Assembly: GCA_002633005.1 (NCBI GenBank)
Contig: NMRA01000445.1
Coordinates: forward strand, 254,402-318,401
From: Phoronis australis
Lineage: Eukaryota; Animalia; Phoronida
DNA length: 64,000 nucleotides
Direction: 5' to 3'
The notes beneath the pieces were generated by a model. It made no database searches and was not told where the DNA came from. It was given only the letters and a program-made list of their open reading frames with translations. Below, one piece after another: positions 1-32,641 of this stretch (position 1 is the stretch's first letter; each line of letters opens with the position of its first letter). The translations under genes and the position numbers were made by a program.

Positions 1-234
1 GGGCTTGGAATCATCAATGGCAAAACAGAGGAAAATTTTCCAGCTGATGTATAGTTCCCCAAATAAATAGCCTTGTGTGACAGAATTCTGTGTTGAAAAA
101 ATTAGCTGAAATGAACGATTTTGCATGAACAAGGTCAAAATAATGACGAAAAAAGAGGAAACTGGAAATCAAATAAGAGGAATTTGAAACCGAAAAGAGG
201 AAATCCTCTTAGAAGCAGAAAATTCCAAGCCCTC
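1..234. mobile_element. MITE of the (CA)GGGCTTGGAAT family, AGAGGAA-rich
   Basis: Ends GGGCTTGGAAT ... AATTCCAAGCCCT; related copies at 528-685, 1179-1290 and, reversed, 54700-54950. Confidence 0.7.
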
Positions 235-868
235 AGAGACAAGTTTACTTGTAGAGCCTGCTCTCAAACAGCATTTCTGAGGAGAATCACATTTCAGCTG
301 TGTGAGAGTTTTGACCAACCACGCTACGAACTGACAGTACTTTTCTAATAGTGCGCATAAAATGGTACGTATTATCGTTTCCCAGGACAAACAACACACT
401 GAGTATTAGAAAATTTTTAACCCAACCATTAAAAAGCAACTCATAAGCTTCAAGTCCACTTTGTTTCATTCAGAATACATGTTGCATTTCACAGAGGCAC
501 TAGTAGAAAAAGTAACTTTTTATACAACAGGGCATGGAACCAGGCCTTTATGCAGTGTATGTCCTGGAGTAAAATCAAAATAGTGATAAAAAAGAAACGG
601 AAAAAGAGGAAACTAGAAATCATATTAGAGGAAAATGAAACTAAAAAAGAGGAAATCCTCTTAAAAATAGGAAACTCCAAGTCCTAAAACAAATAATCAA
701 AGCTTTACCAAGCATGGATTAAGGTATGCTACAGCAATGAATTCCATTTACCTTCAGGTATTAGCACATTTGTCGTCAGCACTGACAAAAACATCCGCGA
801 ATCGCGTTAACAAGTTAGACAATTAGAAAAGCCATTACTAATAACCGGTTATTAACAAGACAACATAC

Positions 869-934
869 CACACCCAGCTTAGCACTGTTGTTCAGGCTAG
901 AGCGACTACTGCGTACGCTGCCACTCGTCGTCAT
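869..934 (-). CDS. Putative first coding exon (MTTSGSVRSSRSSLNNSAKLGV) of an unidentified gene running off the left edge
   Basis: Acceptor tctttctgcag|GTAGCCATG with good Kozak context; donor GTG|GTATGT; candidate UTR exons 2852-2720 (ttgtag| ... |GTAAGT) and about 3910-3864. Confidence 0.45.
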
Positions 935-3923
935 GGCTACCTGCAGAAAGACAAATTACTGGCTTGAAATTGCATGCACAGATTTTGCAGGACTACTGTA
1001 CTCTGGACATTTTGGAGAAAGCAACATTTCTGTGCGACACCAAAATCATTAAAAAATCTGCATAAAATAGACTGGTCTCAGAACTCATTGCTGCCTGAAC
1101 ACGCAAGACTTTTGAGCAGTGATAGGTTGAAGTGACTTGAGTTGTTTTCACAAGTGCACTTTCAGTTTCAGGTAATAACAGGGCTTGGAATGACCAACGA
1201 CAGAAAAAAGGAAAATTTTCTAGGAGATATAACGTTCCACAAATAGGCTTGTGTGATAGAAATATCGACGTGGGTGCATGCAAATATCTGTGGGAATCAA
1301 CTGACACTCACCATTCACTCAAGGAAATATTTAGTTTTTGATGACATCATTAATTTTGGCAGCGGCAGACCTGAAGAAGTACACGACGGAAGCCAAGGCC
1401 AGTGCAAAACTGACCACCCTCCCTCCACGTCCGTGAAAACACGGCTCACGAGAAAAAATAGAACACCTCAAATCTAAATAGAGGGCCGGTGCACTACCAA
1501 GGACCAAGGCTATGCCGAAACGGGCACACCGAAGATCTGTAGTGGAGCAGGAAAGACCGAGTTTGTGTGATAGCTTAAAATGTATTCTTTTCGCAAGTAT
1601 GAGACACTGATTTTTTATTTCAAAAAACAGTCCATTCTTTGATTCAATTTTATCATTTCGTAAATTCAGTGAATTCCTGATCTCACACATTATATTCTTA
1701 ATCTTCAGTATAACCGTTCAACTAGACTGTCATATTAGTTGATTCATGCCCAAAATTTATTGTAAATCCGCTGCACGTCGGACCGGTGAGACCAAAAAGG
1801 TATTTTATGAAACTGTTATATATAATAATTACCTCCAGGACGAACACGCCATTAAGAAAATCATTAGGCATAATGATAAAGTCTGTAAGCCCAATGATTA
1901 CCTCGATGTTATTTATTATCGGAATAGAAACACAGCCCTCCAACTTTGTCATGAAAAATTACATTTCTAAAGCATAAGTCCGACCCGTAGCCTAGTGTAG
2001 TGTTGTTTATGAGTTTGTAAGCCCTATGAACGAATGTCTTTGAGCAAATGTCAAGCAAAGTTATATTGATGAAACGGTTTGCTGTCTTTCCCGTCGGTTA
2101 TCTATGGCGCCATCCAAGAATATTTTCTGCAATGTCACGAACGTAAGCTAGTCCATAAAGAAATTGTGGAAAACACGTCAATTTGGTACGTATAGCACGA
2201 TGTGCTGTGATTGAAAATATCGGAGTCCCTTTTGATTGCATTCGAGAAGCCTGTTTTGAATGCGATGCAAACAGGTTCGCGCCGCACATTACACTTGTTT
2301 AATGTGACTTTTCTGTTACCCCCCATCATGTGTCATTCTTTGCAGTATTTCACACTTGCCGTGTCCCACAGTGTGTTTCAAGCTTTTGCCCCCACGGTGG
2401 TATTACTGTGTCACTTTATCTCCCACTTGAGAATGAAACAGGAACATTTCGAAATTCCGTGCGTCTTTTAATCATGTTCTGTTGAGTGTCAAACTTCGTT
2501 CGAGGATGCGAACATAACAGAATAAAGACGACAAGTGTTTGTGTATTCAACCAATTTTACATAATAACTAACAACAAAAATTTGAATTCTAGTGCCTACT
2601 TCTAAAACATACCAGTTCTGTTAGGAACGGCTTTAAGATGTTTCATTCATGAATTCAATCCATTTACCGAATACTACGGAAAATCGATGGTGTTCACTAA
2701 TGGTAGCTTATGCACTTACGTCAATGTTCAACCGGGATCCAATACTTCCGAGCAGTCTGCCATCAAGTACTCAAAGGTCAACAGGGTCACCGAGTGCAGT
2801 CGCAGGTGTCCACAGCCCGTCCCCTTTGTAATTGTAATCTTGTGAGCAAGCCTACAACAGATTAAGATCAAGATCAAGAAAAATTTATATCAATTATTTC
2901 AGTTGCTAAGATACGCCAACACAAGTATCAGGATCACCAAAATGCAACACCATATGATGGACAAAAAGAAAACTGCCTTCCGATTTAACCCAGTTAGTGC
3001 CTCGGAGCACCATTGCTTCCAAAATTTGACAGCAGTGCCACCTACAGTGTTATAACTTTTCTTATAACTGTCACGTTCACAAAGAGTTATGGTAATAACT
3101 TTTCACTAAATCACTCTCACAGAGGGTTAGTACCGTGCTACAGATGCAACTTTTAAAACCCGTGTTAAAGAATTCAGACTGAGAGTTATAACACATAATT
3201 TTTTTTTTTTAAAGTTTCAACCACTTTCGTTTGAACACAGTAATAGTCAAACATCCCTATCCCAGTATAAATACTCTCCTGAAGAGCACCTGAAAATTTT
3301 GCTTTAAACACAAAAGTTACAAACACTGTTGCCAGGGACAACCAAGGTGACAAATGCACTTAAAGGTCAGGTCAGTCTCACAATAGGCTACTAATTCACT
3401 GTTGAATAACTGAGTCACAAAAGTCCATAGACAGTTTCATGGAGGAAACAAAGTATTTCAGTTTTGCAATTCATTGCATTTAGCAAATGCCAGGGTTGTT
3501 ATAGCAATTCATGTGACATGTGATGTCAGCATGCGATCACTGATATTTCCACTGATTGGCTAAAACACAGTATGACAACTGCTGCTACGAGGTGAAGACG
3601 ACCAGTTAGCGCTGGAATGTCAAGTACAGATCAAGATAACAATGGACCAACACTGATTTCTTTGTTTTTGTGGACTAATAGAATTTGCCTTGTTAGCCAT
3701 TTTTATTCTGTGCAAAATATGTGAAGAATTACTTTAAGAGAGGAAAAAGACGAAAACGAAGAAAAAAATGAAAAGGAAGGAAAAGAGTAAAAAGAAGAAA
3801 AATGAAAAAGAAGTGTCCGTTGTCTTGTAATGAAATAAATATAAAACCATCCTTTGGGCATACGAGGTCATATCAAGCCATACGGACCTCTTGAGAGCAG
3901 TACTGTTCTCTTTCACTCCACCT

Positions 3924-3937
3924 GTTACCCTGGCAAC
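3924..3937. promoter_or_regulatory. RFX X-box
   Basis: GTTACCCTGGCAAC fits GTNRCC(N0-3)RGYAAC; further X-box-like sites at 2902 (GTTGCTAAGATAC) and 3328 (GTTGCCAGGGACAAC). Confidence 0.55.
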
Positions 3938-4339
3938 GGTCCATATTTACATATTAAGACCAGTTTAGAAATACCAGAATGATTTCACCTAGCAACACCC
4001 CATGTAAGACAGCCTTCTAGTAGATTGGTCCAGACATTCCTAGCCTTAGACTATGATGGATAGTAGTAAAGAGAATTACCCATCAGACCATATCAGACAA
4101 CTGAACCCCAGAGTATGTGTTTAAATAAAGCACAGATGATGGCATGGATCAAGGTGTGATAGGACAAGTACAACAGACCTGCGATCTGTTGATCAATAAC
4201 ATCACAAATATGCTGTAGCAAATCCACAAATGCAACAAATGAGATTGATGAAATACCCTCTAGAATTTCTGAGCGTAGCGCTATACACCCAGGGCAGATA
4301 ATCTTGCTAAAAATACTACAAACTACACAAAATGTTGTT

Positions 4340-4560
4340 TTGTAACTTCTTCTCTGAGAGACTAGATTTTGTTGGGGGCAGACATTTCGGCCTAGTCCGC
4401 CAGGCCTTTGTCGGTGACTGAAGTATTTCCCGCCGTTCGCTTGGTAAGGATGACAGTGTAAAGGGAGGTCCCGATTCAAAAGGAGACGTTAGGTCTTGAT
4501 TTTGATGGATTCCTGGATTTTACGGGCATACCCCCAACAAACCTGGTCTCCCAGTGAGTG
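4340..4560 (-). mobile_element. Penelope-like retroelement 3' remnant with decayed hammerhead
   Basis: Minus strand reads YARKIQESIKIKT*RLLLNRD...LYTVILT (GIY-YIG C-terminal RKIxExIxI..LNRD pattern, with stop and frameshift), then CCGACAAA-GGCCT(ggcggact)AGGCC-GAAAT-GTC at 4414-4381. Confidence 0.72.
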
Positions 4561-4782
4561 ATTTTCAATTTACAAGTCACTGAGAGACAACTGATCTACA
4601 CATTTTTCCGAATCTTCTACACACACAAGCTAATACTTAAAACTTAACTATTCACCCTATTTTTGTTGAAAATTTTAACAAAACATAATTTCATGTCCAG
4701 TGAACTATTCTAATAGGTAAAAGAATTGTTGAAAAACACAAGTTCTTAACTATCACTCAAATGAGAGGACTGTAGAAACATT

Positions 4783-5055
4783 GGGGGTACAGAGGGTGGG
4801 GACAGGGGGGGCAGAGGGTGGAGACAGGGGGATGGGACAGGTGGTGNNNNNNNNNNNNNNNNNNNNNNNNNNNNNNNNNNNNNNNNNNNNNNNNNNNNNN
4901 NNNNNNNNNNNNNNNNNNNNNNNNNNNNNNNNNNNNNNNNNNNNNNNNNNNNNNNNNNNNNNNNNNNNNNNNNNNNNNNNNNNNNNNNNNNNNNNNNNNN
5001 NNNNNNNNNNNNNNNNNNNNNNNNNNNNNNNNNNNNNNNNNNNNNNNNNNNNNNN
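4783..5055. other. G-rich simple repeat followed by a 209-N assembly gap (4847-5055)
   Basis: GGGG/ACAGGG runs abut the N stretch. Confidence 0.95.
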
Positions 5056-7149
5056 AGTCCTGAATCGAAGTTAACAGTGCCAGTCAGTTAACTTCGCAGT
5101 AAACAGGTGGATAGTGTCGACGCTGCGATGCAGTATGAACGGTAAACTTTGGTCCCATCAAAATTATCAACAGGGTCTATTGTTATCATCAACAATTAAA
5201 GGGCAGTGTTGTTACTAATAGTTGCTTATACTTTGCTAGAATAATCGTCAATCAAATTTGAAATAAGTTTTATAGATCAATTAGCAAAGTCACATAAATA
5301 TTTCGAAATTGCCATGTTAAAAAATATCCTATTTTGCATGTGATACATCAGTGCCACCTTAATTGTTATTACTTCGATGACAACAACGTCACATGCTGTT
5401 TAATTCGATGTTGTTAACTACGGAAGCCGGTATGAACAGTTCAGTTAACTTTGCCATGTGAGCTCATTCTAATTTAGTGTTTGCTGGCAGAAAATGTTGT
5501 GAAACAACTCGATTTCCATCCCACGGCCAGGTGTTAGGGGAATCTTTACTTACATTTACATTACTCAAATTATGATTGTCATTGTACAACTTCTGGCCTG
5601 ACGGTGCTGTGGCCAAAGTTGAACCAGACATCGCGGCCCCCGACGAGTACGTAGATTTGCAGTTTCGTGGCTATTTCACCTACATAATCATGTGCACATT
5701 ATTTTGGCTCACTAGTATAGTATTTTCTTGACTGAAAGTTTAGTTTCTACTGAACTTTGGGTAGTTTATGTTCGTGATGTCTGATCAGTTTCCAAGCCAC
5801 TGGCCGGGATAACGAGTCAATCCGGCCGGTCGCGACGGGCCTGACCGGGCTCCGAGCCTACTGGCCAGGATAACAAGCATTTTGTGTTTAGAACTAAAAA
5901 AATCACAAGTCTAAACAACACAGATCTAGGTTCTCCTGTCTTTATCTCACGGAAAATACTTCGAAATTATCTCCGAACAGACCCCTGAAACTCCTGAGCA
6001 CTACGGACCTTATTGGCCTGCCGAACTTCAAATTTGTAGGCTACGGTGTGTCCAAATACCAATAAATCCATAAGAGCGAAGGGTTTTACATCGAAGTTTG
6101 ATGATTTTTTGGTGTTAAATTAGGGACGAGACAAAAAATTCAAATTCTTATTTAATATTTAAAAATGCATTGATTTAAAAAAATATCAAAAACAGATTCA
6201 AACAAAAAAAATTAACAAAATCCGTTGACTTTTTAAGAACGTTTGAAGAGCGATAATTAGCTGTTTATTTTAGTCCACTGAATACATGGGAATGAAGGCG
6301 TATTTATGTGACCCAAAATTAGTTTTTTCACTATAACTTCCTCAATACTTTTAATAACAATGTGAAAATTTCAGGATATGACATTTACTTAGTGAGAGAT
6401 ATTTTTAAGACAACAAAAAATTCCAAAATGACGGACAATATGGCCACCATTACGACTGCAAAAACGTCTTATTTTACGTTAACGAACTATATGGTGTAAT
6501 ATAACATTAACGAACTATATGGTGTAATATATCAAATGATAGGTCTTTTCATTGCTTTTTTGAAGAGAATGATGAAAAACATGTTTAGGCAATATTTACG
6601 ACATTTCTGCAATAGCTGCCAAAATGGCTGCCAACATTACTGCATTAACGACCACCAGAAGATTGATTCAGCAACCATGATGTACACGTCAATATTAAAG
6701 GTGTTTTATGAACTGCAAGGATATCATACAATTGTGTTATTCATATATGTTTATTTTGTACAAAATGGCTGCCAAGATGGCTGCCACCCATAACAGAAAA
6801 GTAGTTGTAGTAATACAATTTTACAAGACAAATGAAACCAAAACGAGATTCGTTCAAACTTTTGCTTGACCGGCAACAAGACTACCCAGAGGTTCAAAAG
6901 TCCATCTGTAACAAATACAAGGGCACACTGAGTGCATCGCATGGAGCACAGATACAAAGGATCCTCATTATTTTAATCCCACTAGGGGGTGCAATGCAGA
7001 TGGAGCAAATGCACTCGAAAATTTAGGTAATGCAGAATACATCAAATATGCCTGAAAATGGGAAGGCATTGTAGTCTCCTTAATAGAAACCTAACTACCA
7101 AGTTTCATGAAAATCCATCAATGAACTCTAAAGATACACAAGAAAACAT

Positions 7150-7806
7150 ACAAAAAGTTGCCCTTGGGGGCACACCAACTGATTCCTTTATTCTTTTGTT
7201 CAGTGGTAACTTTCTGGCGCTTTATCTGCTATGTCAAATTCTTGATCTGACATGCTTTTGTAGACTTCAGTGAAGACTTGAGATCATGAATGGTTTTCGT
7301 TTCCTTTGAAACACACTGTACCCGTCTCTTTAGTTTTTGTTTCCAAGGTGTTAGGGCTTCTCGCCAAGAGGATGGTGTTGAGGTGGATAGCTTTGACTCA
7401 ACTGAAGGGCCAGCTTCAAGCTCTGGTTGTGTCAGCTCAGAAAATACAGGTTCATCGAGAGGGTCAGCAACCACGCAAGACACAGGTTCTTCACTAGGTT
7501 CAGGAACGAGAGGAAACAACTCTTCGCACACTTTAAACTGGGACATGCTTCTTTCATTTGAAACTTATTGATACTCTTTAGTGACCAGCAAGTTGATATT
7601 GCTTATAGTAATTTTCCAATTACCAATAAGTTCACGTTTAAAGTTGACACTATCTCAGTCAGTGATTTGTTGCACTGTAAGAACACATAGATGGCATGAC
7701 CATTTTTCATGTTTTCACTGGGAACAAAGTTGAAGTTCTCTTGCAGGAACTGTCTCGCTTTGCCAGATTGAGATGGAGNCTGACAACTTTCTTTTTTTGG
7801 AGGCAT
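7150..7806 (-). pseudogene. Decayed ORF, possibly the N-terminus of a DNA-transposon gene
   Basis: Acceptor ttttcag|aATG then MPPKKESCQ...; after a stop and frameshift EELFPLVPEPSEE...LTPWKQKLKRRVQ...IKNLT*QIKRQK; upstream donor AG|GTAAGT at 8898. No catalytic motif seen. Confidence 0.35.
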
Positions 7807-9974
7807 TCTGAAAATATAAAAAGACATGTAAGAAAATTAACATACCAATGTACAGTGTTATAATATATTTGTTGTACACCAAATGATTCAGACTGCCTTG
7901 TCCTGTAACTACTATTAAACACTCACTACAAACCCTAAAACTAAAGTTTGAATTTTTTTACACTGATGTGCAACAAAGTGAAAAACATTCTACTTAGATG
8001 AGCAACACATAACAAAAAAGTATACTTTTTATGAGGCGTCTTGTGTTCACAAAATGAATTGATTTATTATTTTTCAAAAAATTGAACAGTTTTTCCTTTC
8101 CTTAATAAGTGTACTTCAAGAACTTGAAAACAAAAAATGTAAAATTCTCCAGTTGCGGACACAGCATCATGTCAGGGCCAGTAGAATTTTGTTTTGTCAA
8201 ATACCACAAGAAGGTAAAGGAATCAATGTTTACTTTGTTGTACCCACTCAATGATTTTCCAGGCACCAGCAACAAACTTAACTTGAAAGAATGACAACAT
8301 CAGCAACTATTCTTGTCCCAAACTGAAGAATTTTTATAACGTGTTTGATTAGAAAATCATTACATGCTATTCAATGAAAAAATCAACAAAAACACTACTG
8401 TCATATGGAATTGACAAACTGTGGTTTTATTTCATAAAAAACAGTAACACATGGCAATATTGTGAAGAAAATCTAGCAAAAATCACACTTAACCATTATC
8501 AAAGAATTCAAGTTTTGAGCCAATCAAATCTCTAGGATTTGATCACATGACCAAAATTCGCCGGACCAAGATTACCTATACTAAACCTTACAAAGTCATC
8601 GATTTCCAAAAAATACACATGAAAATGTATGGAACTTCATCCAAATTGATCAATTTCGCTATTAATTTACACAAACTAGTCAATCTACCTAATTTAAGAG
8701 CAATTGTTAATCATAAACGGCAATGCCGATACACTGGTCCGTTATGGCTGGTTGGCGATAATGCCTGCCTCGGGTCTTAACTTTCACGGAGTTAGCAGAT
8801 CATGATACGGTGAATTGATTGAAATGAAATTTGGTGAGCAGTTGCAAGAGATATAAAAAAAGAATAAAGAACACATTTCATAAGAAAAAATAACTTACCT
8901 TTCAAAATACAAGAAGTCAAACAGGAGCGAAAAATTCCCCAACTTCTCACCAGTGACATGCTTTGACAAGAATGAAAATTCAACAAAGAAAATGACGTAT
9001 GCCCAGAAGAATTTACGGTCTACGTCATCAATAATGTGGTTCCCCATTTCCTTGGTTTCTGGAGGAGAGAGAGTGGAAATACTATAGCCACCGTGAAACA
9101 ATGGCTGTCTAATCGATAATCGCCATTACGCAACATATGGGAAAAGCCAATCAGCGTCGAGATAAGACTTTGTCACGTCCCTAGTGCTAAATGATGACTT
9201 CAAGCGATAAGCTGACACCAGTAACCCGTGTTGTGAACTGCTGAACAGACTGCGTGTGAAACCGATGACGTCATTGGATAATTTCAACACCTCTGTCTGC
9301 CGTTAGTTGTTAGGTAACGCAACCGTATGTGTCGTTATGGAGTAGAACTACTCGATCTAAATTGATACAAATTAGGTTATTTTTTGGGTGGCATGCTCCT
9401 TTAAAACAACATCGACAATACAGCTCCATGGAATAGTGGTAAGTACATGGTACAGGCATCGTTTTAAAACCCGTAATGCAAAGTTTTCCAAATGAGATCA
9501 CCGAAAACTTGTTTAGCATACCTGCCGTCAGAATGATCCAGTCACTCAGTGAATGACTGATTCACTCGGTCAGTTCTGCCCAAAATTCGTAATTAACTTT
9601 ATTTAACAGTCTTTACCTGAAGATAGTCTTTGGCCAGAAATACCACCATGCGATATTTCATTTGCGATCACTGTAATCAAGATGACGGGAGTTGCGTCAC
9701 CACACAAAAATCAGGAAACGATTTTTTTTCTGATACAAAAAACGTAGCAGCTGTGAACACAAGCGCAATCAGTGAACAACACATGAGTTTCGATGAATGA
9801 ATGACTTCAAAAAGGAGCAAATGATCATCGTGGAATGACCAACACAATTTTGACGAATCAGATTGAAGAATTTTCCAGGCACCTTTCGACGACTCTTTAT
9901 CTCTTTTTCCCAAACGAGGTTTTGCGGAAATATATTCAAAGCCCGGGAAATCTTGCTCAGTCAAGTTCTTGCCG

Positions 9975-31448
<21,474 letters not shown>

Positions 31449-32194
31449 TAGCTTAGTGTTATTTGAGCTGTTTCTTTCATTTAATATCGGGTCTTGTCCA
31501 AACCTACTGAGTCACTGCCTAGTTGGCCAGCAGGTGGCGATAGTATTGAATCTTGTGTACTACATTGTTCCAACATGGTTCAGAAACTTATGATCACCTG
31601 TGCTTTTAGGAATGAGTTGTTACCTTTTTGGTGGACGATGTGTTGTTTTGTCACAAGGTTGCGCTACGCGTATTTGGTGAGATACTGGACATGATTTGTT
31701 TGCATGATGAGATGTCATATGCATGCAGTTGAACAAAGTAGTGGCAACATCGTATCTGTGCAATACATATAAGTATAGTCATATTCAGTTGATTCATGTT
31801 TCCAACAGTCTCACTCTCAGTACCACATAACGATGATCACAAACCACGTAAAGTCATTGTCAATACTGTTGAACCGTGTTATAACGAGCCCTATTAGGAC
31901 TTTTTATAACCGAATTCCGCCTCAACCAATCCATTTTCATCCTATACACTTTGCTTGGAGCTAAATCAAATGTTGTAAGTGAGCGAAGGTTATAAACCTG
32001 GCTCATTGTGACTTAGTTCAACTTTATTATTCAGCCTGAGAGAAGACTATGACACTTGGAATGCATTCTAAACAAGTTCATTTTATAAATTGTATTTGAG
32101 ATTCTGATTCCCTACTGTGTGTTGGACGTATCAACAGCCACCAGGGGTTTGGATCATCAGTCAGTCCACTGGTTGACTGATCATTTCCACAAAC

Positions 32195-32641
32195 GACCAA
32201 TGAGCTTATGTGTGTCATTCTCCTGTTGGTTCAGTTATTACCACACAACAATCCAGTAACTCATTACCAAACACAACCAATGAAGTGACTCTTCCCATCC
32301 TGCTCAGACATAGTGTCATTGCTATTGGCTGACTGCCACCCACAACCAATGAACTGTGTCATCACTTGTGTCACTCTCCTGTTGGCGTACTGCCATCCTC
32401 ATCCAATGAGCTATCCGTATCACTCCCATTAGCTGACTGTGCCACCCTCAACCAATGAGCTGTGTCATCACGTGTGCTACAACTCCTATTGGCTGACTAT
32501 GCCACCCACAACCAATGAGCTACATTATCACGTGTGTCACTCTCCTATTGGCTGACTGAGCCACCCACAACCAATGAGCTACATGATCACGTGTGTCACT
32601 CTCCTATTGGCTGACTGTGCCACCCACAACCAATGAGCTAC
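32195..32641. repeat. 59-60 bp minisatellite, about 8 units, decaying leftwards
   Basis: Unit CAACCAATGAGCTACATGATCACGTGTGTCACTCTCCTATTGGCTGACTGTGCCACCCA; ACCAATGAGC recurs at 32451, 32511, 32570 and 32629. Confidence 0.9.

Noticed and set aside
752-781. 30-nt microexon following exon 869-940
   Set aside because: Joined to the strong donor it gives an immediate TGA; only a weaker donor keeps the frame, so it is left unsupported.
32195-32641. CRISPR-like array
   Set aside because: Whole units repeat with no unique spacers, no cas genes, eukaryotic context; it is a minisatellite.
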